From positions 1 through 34,503 of the forward strand of contig NIVC01004810.1 of assembly GCA_002269645.1 (NCBI GenBank): a DNA stretch of 34,503 nt. Direction: 5' to 3'. The stretch is from Macrostomum lignano. Its lineage: Eukaryota. Position 1 is the stretch's first letter. Each line of letters begins with the position of its first letter. The notes beneath the pieces are model-generated. The model did no database searches. It saw only the letters and a program-made list of their open reading frames with translations, and was not told the DNA's origin. The translations under genes and the position numbers were made by a program. Of this stretch, positions 8,645-20,855 are shown one piece after another.

Positions 8645-11578
8645 TAACAACTACGATTCTCAAAATATTGTAGAAATTTAGTCATGCAGAATTCTTGGCC
8701 TTGTCCCCCCACCACAAAATCCATGGCGACGCTCCTGGTTTGTAGAGTTTCGATTTCTCTTTGATGGAAATGCACACTTTCGGAAAAAGTTTCCGAATTA
8801 GGAAGAAATACAAAGAAAATTCAGTTTTCCCGCAACTCATTTTAAAATTCCGTAATTGTATCCAGCAAGCCAGACTCCAAACGCAGAAAAATGATGACGT
8901 CTTCATTCCTCTCAATCACTTTCATTCCTGCCTGCTAATTCATACATGTATTTCTTTTCTAATAAAAGTCACCAGCAATATCCGGAAGATTTCCTGATTT
9001 CCTGCAAATTTCCTGTCAACTTTGTCCGAACCAAGCCTGACTTTCTCTATTGTTCCATTGTCAGGCTTAGATCAGAGACCGACACGATCTGGTGAGATGA
9101 GTCTTTGACTTCCTTACTGTCCATTGTGTTTCAGCAGAATTGGCAGAAAATAAGTACAAGAGATAAACTAAAAGTTCTTGGAATTCTATTTAAAGCAAGA
9201 TAGAGAGACAGAGTATTGGGAATTTATTCATGATTTTTTACCCAATCTTTTGAGCCGTGCAGATTGATGCAATCAAGGTGAACTCCCCCTCAGCGGAAAA
9301 CTTGAGTTGATAAAAGCGCATGGAACAGATAAGTTGGATGGGCTTAAAACTTCCTGTCACCGAATCAAGTATCTTGGAGAGTCTAATTTTAGTTGAGAGT
9401 GCTTCAGTCAACGCTAGGCTTCCTTTGTCTCAGCCAGTTAATCATTGCAACCAGAGCAAGGCCTGTGTTTTAAACAAACCAGAGTTTAAAAGTAATTAGT
9501 TCCCGCGGGCTAAATTTATATTCATTGCCGTTATATTTGAGTCTTTGATCGCACCAGCTCGCATTGTGGCAAGGAAGTCCACAAATCTTAATGCATTTTG
9601 AATTAACTAGAAATGATTTATCAAAAGACAGTTTTTTCTGCTACTCAAATGGACTAAGCAAGTTCAGTAAAGATGCGGGTAATTTTCGAAGCCATTCTTG
9701 CCTTATGAAAAGAGCTCTGTGATAAAAAAGTAGCAAAATTCCAGACTGCTCCGTACATATACAGCGCATATAGTTCTGTTTTTCTCATTGCGAGGTATAT
9801 GCGAGGTATATACTGTATGCCAAATTCCAGATCTTTGTCAGGGATCAGGACGAGAGTCCGTTTCTAAGCAGTTGCGTCGCGGAAAACTGCTAGGATTATC
9901 TCAATCCGGCCCAGCGCAGACCAGGTGCTGCCTTAATCCGTTAGTCAATAAAATGATTGCAGAATTGACTGTGCTGACAGAAATTAACTTCTTCTCTCAA
10001 AGCAGAGAGCGCGAAATGCATATTTGATAAACATTTTTCAGCTAAATAAAGACGATCTTTCGAGTAAATTCGATTGAATTTATCTAGCAGAAAGGTGGAT
10101 TTGATAGTTTATTCTTTAGTTTCTGAATAACATTCGGAGATCCGGTAAGCCATTACATACGCTCGTATACACTTGTTTGCTATGCTTCAACTGGATAGTT
10201 GATAGTGGGTGCGCGAGTCAACAGACAACTGAAATTAAAAGACGCTTACACTCGGTTTTCTCAGAAATGAGCCAGAGTAAACGTACATTTATCGTATCGC
10301 TATACTATTTTAGCGCTGAATGGGGTTTTGCCATAGACAAATTCGGTTTTTCGTGAGAAAAACTGTGCAAATACTGTGCAAAACTGTCTGCTCCTGTTTC
10401 CTAGAAACTGCACGTGCTGATAGTCAACATTCATAAGTTTTGTTTCCTGCAGTTCTTATTTCAATTCGTGCGTCCGTTCATGAACAACAGCAGTCAGAAC
10501 TGGCTGAAATCGCCACTGTAAGACTGGGTGAATGCCACAGACAAGAGGATGCAGCAAGCAGTGAAAGAGCGAGAGAGCAGTAGCAGCATCAGCAGCAGTT
10601 GCCTGAAGCATGGCGTGCAAATTTAACGAAGAGTACCAATGATGGTCACCAACTGCGTCATCGTTAATTGTTTGAAATGTAATTGCACTGACTGCTGCAG
10701 ATGCAGTCCTTCATAGCTTGTTAAATTTTTGTATATCGATTTTAACGTGTTAACTTGTTGGGCACTATAGTGCAGTTTTGGGCCATAGATAACTCAAAAG
10801 GTAGACTTCTTTGCCACGTATTTATCACACAAATCATCAATTCAAATCCTCGGCACTGGCGCGAATTCAAATGAAAAATAATTTCGCGAACGAAACTGCA
10901 CTAGTGCCACTTGTTGCAGAAGTGCAGCTTGTTAAATCAACCAGAATAAGAAATTAGCCTCTTGTCTGTGGCATTCACCCATTCTGAGAGGCTGCTGCTG
11001 GCATCCTTCTTTGTACTGATGTCTATGGCCAATTCTGAACTTGCTTGCCTTTTCCGTCTACACGTATGTCTATATGGGCAAGACCAAATCTACTACGCTC
11101 GTGCTGCCGAATGGGAATTCTCTATAAACTTGGCTGACTGACAACAGCAATACTAAATGCACATAGCAATGCTAAAAATATAGATTCCTTGCCGACTTTG
11201 AGCTGATGTCTAAGAAAATCAAGTTTTGCGTCCTCCTAATTCAGCCGTCCATGCCACGCAAAATGGAGACGTTGTTGCTTGGCTCCTCGCTGGTAGCGGG
11301 GGTCGAAATTCGCTTCGATCAGTGGGCCCAAAATGACCCAATATCCTTCTGAATATTTCTTTAACTTACTTAACTTAGCTTCAGGAGCTCTGGGCATCTT
11401 GAAGCAACTCTTTCTCTCACTCCTGACGGTAAATTACTCAAAAATTCTATAATTTAAAAGACTGACAGCAATAGCTTCACGATCACAGTTGAAGTGCTCG
11501 ACGATGTTTAACTTTTAAGATCAAAATTAAAAAAAATTCGCACCGATCAACAGAGCTCTCAGCAAGTTCAAGCCCCGA

Positions 11579-14500
11579 ATGGCGTTAGCTGCGGCGGTCA
11601 GCTTCTGTATTGGCCTGATCTGCCTAACGGCTGGTTCATCTTACGGCGCATCGATTCGTTGCACATTCGACGGGGTGCAGATTCCTGTTAATGACACGTA
11701 CACGTATCTTCAAGGCTGCCACGAGATTACCTGCGTCTGCGATCCCAACCTGCAGCAGATGTGCAAGAGTGTGCCGAGTGAGTATCTACGAATTATCTTC
11801 ATGTATCTACCTATGAACTGCTCACTGCTCTACCTATGCTCTACCTATGAACTGCTCACTAAAAACTGCTCTACCTATGAACTGCTCTAATTCTATTCAC
11901 TAAACCTCATCCATAGAGGGCTGTCTGCATCCGCTGGGCACATGCGTGGACGAGAATGCGCGCTACGAAATGAACACAACGCGAGGAGTTCACGAGTGCA
12001 TCTGTCGGAGAGAGATAGACGGCAAGAGTCTTGTCGGAACTGAGTGCACTATCAGTGAGTAGCACTCTTTTAAGCTGTACCGTATCTTCTAAGCTCTTAT
12101 GGGTTATCATAAAAGCTCGTTGCAGCTTCCACTCTGTCTGCTTCAACAATTAGCCTCTAGACTATCATCTGACATCAAAGTCGAAGTCGAACAAGCTTTG
12201 CAAGAAGAATTCGGATTTCAAACTCTGGAATCATTCTTCTCATCGCTTTATTGCATCTTTGCCGTGATCAAGTAGAACCACAATTAGAATTCAATGGCTG
12301 TATTCCTTGCCTAGTTGTCTCGCTCACTGCAGCGGAAGTATTCTGCTTGACTTCTTCCCAGGGTATTTTCAAACTATGACTTGCTTTTTAGTCTTTACAA
12401 ACATCAGTAAGAATTTTTTGGGGAAGGGGGGCATCACAAACCCGAAAAATCACAACTCCGAAATATCATAACTTTAAAATTGCTAGCAATGTCCTTTTCG
12501 CTTTCGGAGTTATGGAGTCCGTTAATGATCACTTCTGTCCTGTACCCACTAGAGCGATGTCTGGACGTTGACGGCACGTACAAAAGCGTCGGCGAGCGAG
12601 TCACCGTGTCGCTTAGCGGCACATTGTTTGAGTGCACCTGCGGCGGCCGCATGGATTATTGCAACTGTTCGACTTTGGAGTCGATTCGTAACGCTGACAA
12701 ATGCCTGGACGTCAATGGGCATTACATCCAGTCTGGTCACCGGGTTGTTACGCAAAGTGAAAATGGTGAATTTCTAATTTGCACTTGTCGCGGCAGTTCC
12801 GGTTACTCTGACTGCATGACCCAGGCCGAGTACGACCATCAGGATATGTGCCAGGGCAAGGACCACCAGTGGGTTACCAAGGGCAGCGAATTACGGATCG
12901 AATTTCAAGGCGATGATTACATCTGTCGGTGCAACGGTACCAACAAGCACGCCGGATGTCGCCTAGCAGACGAGGACGCGAACAAGTACCGGGGCCGCTG
13001 CCAAGACTACCATGGCCGGTTGGTTAAGGCTGGCGGCTACGTTCGGATTCTTCGCGGCGGTGCTGTGTTCGTCTGCCACTGCACTGGTACGAACACACAC
13101 GAGGGCTGCCTAACGGAGCAGGCTTTTTCGCACAGAGATGACTGCATCGATCTTAGCGGTGGCTATGTTAAGCGCGGCCGACTGGTGCGTATTCTCAACA
13201 ACGAGAACGTGATTGTTTGCACCTGTAAAGGCTCGTCAGGTTATTCGGACTGCCAGTCAGAGCAGGATTATAGCACGCGAAATCAATGCAAAGGTGCCGA
13301 TGGAAAATTTGTATCCAAGGGCCGCAAAGTACGAATAGTCAGCGAGGGTATAAGCTACGTTTGCCACTGCGCTGGAGCGGCAGGCTACAAGAACTGCTTG
13401 ACAGAGGAGGCTTACATGAACAAGGGCAAGTGCAAGGACGTAAACGGGCAGTATGTTGACAGAGGCAAAGAAGTCGTGGTGTTTCACCACAGCATCCTGT
13501 ATCAGTGTAAATGCATTGGAACCAACAGGTACCAGCAATGCAAGGACTACAACGCGATCGTCAACGCTGATAAATGCAAGAACTACAACGATACTTACGT
13601 AGAGGCGGGACAGATTGTGGTAATTAAAAGCTCCACAAATACAACTTTTTACTGTGAGTGCATGGGCAGCCAAGGATATAAAAACTGCTTGACTAAAGAA
13701 ATATTCGACAATATCAACAGATGTCAGAGTGCTAACGGTTCCTACGTTGAAATAGGCGAGGTTGTAGAATACAAGGTGTCAGGAACCATCTACGTTTGCG
13801 AGTGCAACGGGACAAACAAGTACAAAGATTGTGTATCAAAAGATGCATATTTGAATCGCGACCGATGTCGAGATGTCGACGGCAAGTATGTCGGCCGAGG
13901 TGAAGCAGTCCGAGTGTTGTCAGGTACCGAAGTCTACATTTGCCAGTGCCACGGTAGTAAAGGCATCGCCGAGTGCATGAGCAACGAAACTTACTACCAT
14001 CGAGGCATGTGCAAGGACCTGGAGGGAAACTTCCTTCCAAAAGGCGAGAAGATCTCTATTGAGCAGAATGAAATCATCTATGTCTGCGATTGCATCGGCA
14101 ATAACACTTACAAAAACTGTAAGACAATAGAGGCATTTCAAAACGCTGGCCGTTGCAAAGGACACAACGGATCTTACACAGATATTGGCGAGCCTGTAGC
14201 TGTAAAACATGATAATTATATTTTTGTGTGTATCTGCAATGGCACGAATAATTACATTCAATGTATGCTCGAGGAGACATGGAACAACCAAAATAAGTGC
14301 AAAGACATAGATGGAATTTATGTTAGCGAAGATGAACTCGTCAAGCATCAAGTAGGGGCCAAAATTTATGTTTGCCACTGCAAAGGAACAAATAAGTATG
14401 CTAACTGCGTTCCACAGGACGTCTTCAATAATCGCGGAAAGTGCCGCGATCGTGATGGAGATTACGTAGAACCTGGAAAGAAGGTCCGAATACGTCACGG

Positions 14501-16479
14501 AAAAAGGCGCTACGTTTGCGATTGCGAAGGTGAGAATCTCTACAAACAATGCGTCACTGAAGATCAATTTGAGAACAGAGAAAATTGCATTGGTAGCGAT
14601 GGTGAATATGTACTTCTGGATGAGAAGGTAAAGGTTGAAGTAGAGCAGGAATCATACGTGTGCACCTGCAAGGGAGCAATGGGTTATAGCGACTGTGTGA
14701 GTGAAGAATCGCTGCTACATAAGGACCAGTGCAAGGATGCTGTTAGTAAGAACTATTCAAAACGAGGTGAGAAAGTGCGGGTCCGGTGCGAGAAACAAAG
14801 TATTATCTTCATATGCGAATGCGCCGGCTCTAATCAGTACCGAAACTGCGTGACGGAGTTGAGCGTTAAAAACCAAGGCAAATGCAAAGATAAAAACGGC
14901 ACGTTTGTTCCGCAGGGCCAGCTTGTTCGGCACATCGTCTCTGAGACTTTGTATGTATGCAACTGCGGCGGCACAAATAGGTACCTGGACTGCATGACCG
15001 AGACGCAGTACAACAACAGACACAAGTGCCGTGGCATGGATGAAAACTACGTCGAGGAAGGTCAAATGGTAGTTGTTAAGTCCGGAGCAGACGTATTTGT
15101 TTGCATTTGCAACGGTAGCGACGGAGTCAGGAATTGTGTGACAAACGAGACTTATCACAATAGGGACAAGTGCCGTGACCTTCATGGTAACTACGTTGGA
15201 AAAGGTGAAAAAGTTTCAATTGAGCGCGAAAATCAAATTTACGTTTGCAATTGCGGAGGCAATAATGCTTATAAGAACTGCCAAACATTAGAGGCATTTG
15301 AAAACAATGGCCGTTGTAAAGGTTACAATGAGTCGTACGTGGACGCGGGAGAGCCTGTTGTCGTGAAGCAAGACCAGTACACCTATGTATGCATTTGCAA
15401 CGGTACAAACAAATTTGTTCAGTGCATGCAAGAGGAGGTCTGGAGAAATAAGAACAAATGCAGAGATATCGATGGTAGCTACGTTGAAGAGGATGATCGA
15501 GTAAATTACCGGTACAATAATCAAATCTACGTTTGTCGTTGCAAAGGAACAAACAGGTACGCCGACTGTGTCACCAAAGAGGCTTTTGAAAACCAAGGCA
15601 AATGCCGAGCAAGTGACGGCAGCTATGCTGCACCGGGACAAACCGTCCGTGTTGAGCATGGAGGCAAGGCGTACATCTGCTTATGCGAAGGTCACAATCA
15701 GTACGGCAAGTGCATGACTGAAGAGACTTACGCTAATCGTGAGAGGTGCAAGGGCAGCGATGGTATCTATGTCGACAAGGGACAGAAAGTAAAGGTCAAT
15801 GTTGAGCACTTGGTATACGTGTGCGTCTGCAAAGGCCAAATGGGCTACAGTGATTGTGTAACAGAGGAGTCCTTAATGCATCAGGACCAGTGCAAGGACG
15901 TGGTTAGCGGGGAATTCATTAGTAAAGGGGACAACGTACGAATACGGTGCGATCAGAAAAGTGCTGTATTTGTCTGCGAATGTATTGGCACCGATCAGTA
16001 TAGAGGATGCGTGACGGAGGAGAGCATAAAGAACAGAGGCAAGTGTAAGGACGACAATGGCACATACGTATCTCAAGGACAAAATGTGGCGAGAACAGCC
16101 GATGGCAAAACCTACATTTGCGTGTGCCAGGGCACAAACAACTATGGCAACTGCATGACGGAGGAGGACTACGTGAATCGGGATAAGTGCAAGGATCATC
16201 GTAGTGGGAGGTACATTGACTACGGGGACACCGTGACAGTGCTATACGCCGGCAAAGTTTGGATCTGTGTATGCGCTAAAGGTCCGCAGTACACCCAGTG
16301 CCAACCGGAGGCGACGGAGGAAGACTCGAATACGTCTGGTTTGTAAGGACAAGCACGGCAATTGGATAAAGGCTGGGGATTACTACAAGATCATGTCGAG
16401 AGGCGTCGCCTACAGCTGCCGATGCAAAGGCAACAATGTTGCTGTTGACTGCGAATGTAAGCTGGGCGGTTGCGTCTGA
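11579..16479 (+). CDS. Large secreted cysteine-rich protein (~1,420 aa) with ~29 tandem 4-Cys FN1-like/half-VWC modules; exons 11579-11777, 11917-12054, 12553-16479 (apparent frameshift near 16341)
   Basis: Signal peptide MALAAAVSFCIGLICLTAGSSYG. Two GTGAGT..TAG phase-1 introns keep the frame. There are 26 modules of ~48 aa (C-x~24-CxC-x8-C) in the long ORF and a 27th in the next frame ending at TGA 16479, plus one module in each of exons 1 and 2. No transmembrane segment is visible. Confidence 0.85.
11807..11887. repeat. Intronic repeat CTACCTATGAACTGCTC, ~4 imperfect copies
   Basis: Seen directly in intron 1 of the FN1-like gene. Confidence 0.7.
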
Positions 16480-17077
16480 AATTATTTTTGTTAAGTTTTC
16501 TAAACTTAAATAAGAATTTCATATTACACTTGCAAACACTTGTCTTTCAGTTGCCCAAAGCAATGAAGACAGTAGCTCTCAGTGGAAAGGAGGCCGGTGA
16601 ACTATTTTTTAATGCATAAATATGCCTAAATTACTCCCATTGGTGGAAGACTTTACTCCTATCGTCTATGCTGACGGTCTGAATTTGTGTTGGTGACTGG
16701 TTCCTTGTTTTTTGTTTAAATCTAATACTACGGGCGTACACTATTATTATAGACAATTTTATTCAACATGGCCTTACTAAATACTACTTTTCAGTAATAG
16801 AATTCAAATATTCCAATGTTTAAATAACTGAATTCTGAGCAAACAATTCAATTCGGTTGAAGAATTAAAAAAATCAAGAATGACTTGAAAGAAAAAATAT
16901 ATTGAGTGGTTGATAGTGACCTGCAAATTCTTATTGCTAATCGTGAAAATAACAAACGAAACCTAACGAACTTTTTTAATTTTAAACAAATAAATAGTTA
17001 AAAAGATTGATAAGCGCTATTTTCAACGCTGAGAGGAATAGCAAACAAAATATCAAAAACCCAGTTTAGCAAGTACG

Positions 17078-20000
17078 TTATTTCTCCCTGCCTGTCCGAG
17101 CCGCGGCGGCAACAGCCCTGCCAGCCAGATATTGGCCCCAGTGGCAGGCCAGATCATGCGGCGTCCATTGTTCCAAGCTGTCAATAGCGTTGAGCGCGGC
17201 AAACACCTTGGCGTCGGCTTCATCACCCGGCGCAAAAACAGGCCCGGCAGCAGCGTGCCCGTCATCTACCGAGGAGCCGGTATCCGGTGCGGTATTGTCG
17301 CCTGACTCAGCAGCAGCCGTTACGTTCACTGGCAACAGAAGGTCGTCGCAGGCGTAGCCCCTGGCAACCAACGCATCAGCGAGGTGCTCCGTCGGACCCA
17401 GGGCAAAGTAGGCAGCCGGGCCGGTTGGAGTGGAAGCGGATGGAGTCGCGTCGTCGCCTTGTATGTTTGTTGCACCAGTTGATGTACCCGCATTCGCTGC
17501 CAGTTGCTGATGCTTACCAGGGCGACGACGTTGGCGTCTGAAAATCGCGATGTGCCAGCATGAAGCATGAAACAAACGCATTTTGGCTCAACTGATATGT
17601 ACAGAAAGGTTCTACAAGCGTGTACTTTCTGCTAGACTCTATCGGTGCGGATCAATTAAAGTATCTAACAAGAAGTATCTAACATTTACCTAACAAGAAG
17701 AACGAGACCTCGCTGACGCAGCAGCTTTACGAGACTGCAAAATTTGGCAACGGATTCATTCTCGGCAGCAACTGGCCGAATCAGTACCGGCCAGCCAAAT
17801 AAATGAGCTGGCGATAGACGTGTAAGGCTGGCCAAGCCGCAGGCTTCCAGGTGAACTTCATTGCTAGCGTCTAGCTCAGTGGTGCTGGATACCAGTCGGC
17901 TAAGCCTGGTGGGCGGACCGAACAGGGGCTGGAACGCGTCCAGCACAGCCGGTTCGGAGAGCAGGCCGGGGTTTAGCACCACTTCTGATAGGCGGAAATT
18001 TAGAAAGCGTTCTTTTTCAAAGCCGTTACTAGGGAATATTAGACGGTTGCTAGGCCGCTCCTGTTAATTTTGATTAACAAATGAATAGCATCAATGTGTA
18101 GTAGGGCAGATATGCTTTTATGCTACTATCAGTAGTTCTAGCCAGGGAAAATAATTATGGTGGGGTTAGATCGTGAATTCCTTATTACTATAAGTATTCA
18201 GCAGTTTGAGCTCCGTGGTAACCATGGCTTTGTCTCGCATAGAGACGCCTAACCGCAGTACCCCTGTGAAACTTGTCTCTGCCTGGCCGAAAGCTTGTAA
18301 TGAGTTAGTAGGCTGGGTTGGAGGGTAATAGTGGATCAGGGATCAGGAAGGGCTGTGGGTAGCTGTATAGGAAGGCAGGCCTATACCTGTTCCAGTTGGT
18401 GCTCTGACGGTCCCCCTCGGAGTGCCCTCTGAGCGAACAGCCAGCGACCCTATTAAAGTTGGAGTGTGCCAACTCCAGAAGGACCAGGACTGAGTCTGAA
18501 CAGGACGGGACCGTTGGCACGGTCACTATAGGCACGGTCACTATAGAAATGGTGAGTTGGCGAAGCAAAGGGTGAAATAATCCCGGCGATTAGCCCTCCT
18601 GCCGCTTCATAGATAAGAGACTGTCTTGGCAAGAGTACCCGGGGTCTGGTAGGGAGGCTCCTCCGGGTGGCCACGGCCTTGGGGAGGTCTTCGGACCACT
18701 TTTTGGCATTTTCTAACCCAGGAGAAGGCACGGGCTGCCCCCGAGGTTCATTTAACCCCTGCCAGCCTATTGGGTTTGGGGTAGGCGTACGCTCTGAGGG
18801 TCGGGGGTAGGGCCCGCTCTCGGCCTGACTGGCGCCGCTTGCCCGGCTCGATGTACAGTCCTCTTAGTTCTAATTAGGATTTAAGTGTACATTAGTACAC
18901 TCCCAACCTGGAACCTATATCTCTCTAGTGGCGTTAGAGCCTGTTCAATGGCTGAGGCGCCGGATTTACTTATTTAGTTAGTTAGTTGAGCTCCGAGGTA
19001 ACCAACATCGAACAACAAATATAAATATTAGCGTAATAGCCCTGGCTTAGGGGCTGAAGCGCTCATACTGCATATAAAACAAAAAACAAATTGAGCTCCG
19101 GGAAAAAACCCGTTGTTGGTTTCCAAGTTGGTTTTAGTCTTGAAGCCAAATTCTAACTTGGGAATAAGAGGTAAAGTTGGGGAATACGTAAAACTGCTAC
19201 AGGTAGTCGATGCCGATGCCCTTAACACTGTACAAAAGCAGTCGACGCCTAACTAAATCTGCACCATTTTAAGGAAAGTAATTGTAATAACTATTGCATG
19301 CTCATTTCTACGTTTATTCAGTTTTTTTACCACAAGTTTCCTGCCTTTATTCCTTGATCGCTAAATACTAGGATTAGAGAAAATCAGGGACCTGGTGGCA
19401 GCACTCTACCCAAATCAAACCAGTTACTGTTAAATCCACTAAGAATAATTATAATAAACCAGTAAGCTTAGACCGCAAGGACCACGGCTGCAAATGCATA
19501 TTCTGACTTTTAATTAAGAAATAATGCAGGAACAGCCTCATCTGCATTTAATTTTGACTCAATGAAGTGTGCATAAACTTCGAGATCGCACCGAACTCGT
19601 GGCTGACGGCGGTAATAGCCAAGCTCGCAGCGCCAGGAACAGCTCCGGATCGGCTCGACGCACCGTTGCCACTTCGACAAGCTGGTCAAACTTTTGCTCC
19701 GCTGCCTCATTTTCACTGGACTCGGCCGTGGTTGATGGCACTCTCTTCGGCGCCGCATAGCCTGGCAAGTGTAGCAGTCGAATTTTGCGACAGTGCCGCA
19801 GCAGACTAGGAAACTGTGGACAGTTGGAGCTGAAACTGCGGCGCAGCCTCAGAATGGTGGCGCTTCGACGCGTCAATAGGCACAGCTCTGCGGAGTCTGA
19901 CGGAGGTAACAACGCTAACTTGACCTGCTGTTCGGCTATCGCCAAAGCCACGTCAATCTCAGAGGCTTCCCCAGCGCCAGCAGCGGTGATTTGGCCATTT

Positions 20001-20262
20001 TCGAACTGAAAAAGTTGATGGCCTTCAGCAAGGAGGCGCTCAACAGCTCGACTAGTTGGCTGCAGCTCGAGGACAGCGAGAGCAGCGCTGGATTGCCGCG
20101 CAGGCAGATCAGGCAGATGGCGGCTGGCGAGTCGCCGCTGCAGTTGGCGCTCAGACAGAGAAATTCTGTAAAGCCGCTGGCCAGGACTTGCAGATCGGCG
20201 TCCGGAATGTCCTGTGTGTCCAGCAAGACTATGATGACTCTGCTGGGACTGCTTTGGTGGGC
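17078..20262 (-). CDS. M1AP: Meiosis 1 associated protein (M1AP)-like; exons 20262-19592, 18060-17690, 17537-17078; start exon not found; apparent 1-nt deletion near 20009-20013
   Basis: Colinear motifs against human M1AP as recalled: SPSRVIIV~QPPRLLIV, ALAIAEQQVK~AVEDGLQQFK, AELCLLT~LEITILT, LRAWL~FKAWL, SEVVLNPGLL~QERLLCPSLL, FGWPVLIRP~YGLPFILRP, YFALGPTEHL..DDLLLP~FYVIMPSHSL..RELMLP. GT-AG introns have matching phases (0 and 2). Confidence 0.8.
18206..19004. mobile_element. 761-bp non-coding insertion (18225-18985) flanked by a 19-bp target-site-like direct repeat; probable non-autonomous non-LTR retroelement in an M1AP intron
   Basis: TTGAGCTCCG[T/A]GGTAACCA at 18206-18224 and 18986-19004. 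A (TTAG)n tail at ~18970-18985. GC-richer than the flanks and no convincing ORF. Confidence 0.7.
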
Positions 20263-20855
20263 CTTAAATGTGTGAGCAAACGAGTAAAATATTACACAGA
20301 GTTAAATAATTTGTATTACTTTTAGGCTAAATAATATTATGTTATCAGATGCAGTAAGCTTAAGTAAATATTCAATGAAAAAAGATTAAAAAAACGAGTA
20401 TTTCCATTGTTATAGAGGGAAATTAATAATAGTGAATATTGCAAAACTGTATTAATTGTCATTTAGGTCATGCGAAAACAATCTGTCTTAGTTAGGGAGC
20501 CTGTGCATTTTTATTTAGTAAGAAAAGATTGAACATTTAACTATCAGTAGTTATTAAAATATTCGAAAATTTAAAATTTATAAAATCAAATAAGTTTATA
20601 TGGTGTCTAAGAAGCATTTTTATTAGAAAAGCATGGTAAGCAATAACCAAATTAATGTTATGATACAGTATTATAGCTTTTAAGTATCAAAACATGAAAA
20701 TTTCAGTTTAAAATAATTTATCAAAATTAAATTGCTTTCGAATATATGCTCTATTGAAAAATTATAGTTTTAAAGCATACAAAATTGAAAAAACTAAATA
20801 CTCAATGCTCAACTCATTAATTAATTTTAAAATTGTTAATTAATTTAAGGAAGTG

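Noticed and set aside
12480-12552. TTG start and first 24 codons of the 1288-aa ORF
   Set aside because: These are intronic. The polypyrimidine tract and TAG acceptor at 12552, and the upstream signal-peptide exons, explain the true start.
13257-16199. Hydrophobic minus-strand ORFs opposite the FN1-like gene
   Set aside because: Antisense shadows of a repetitive coding exon.
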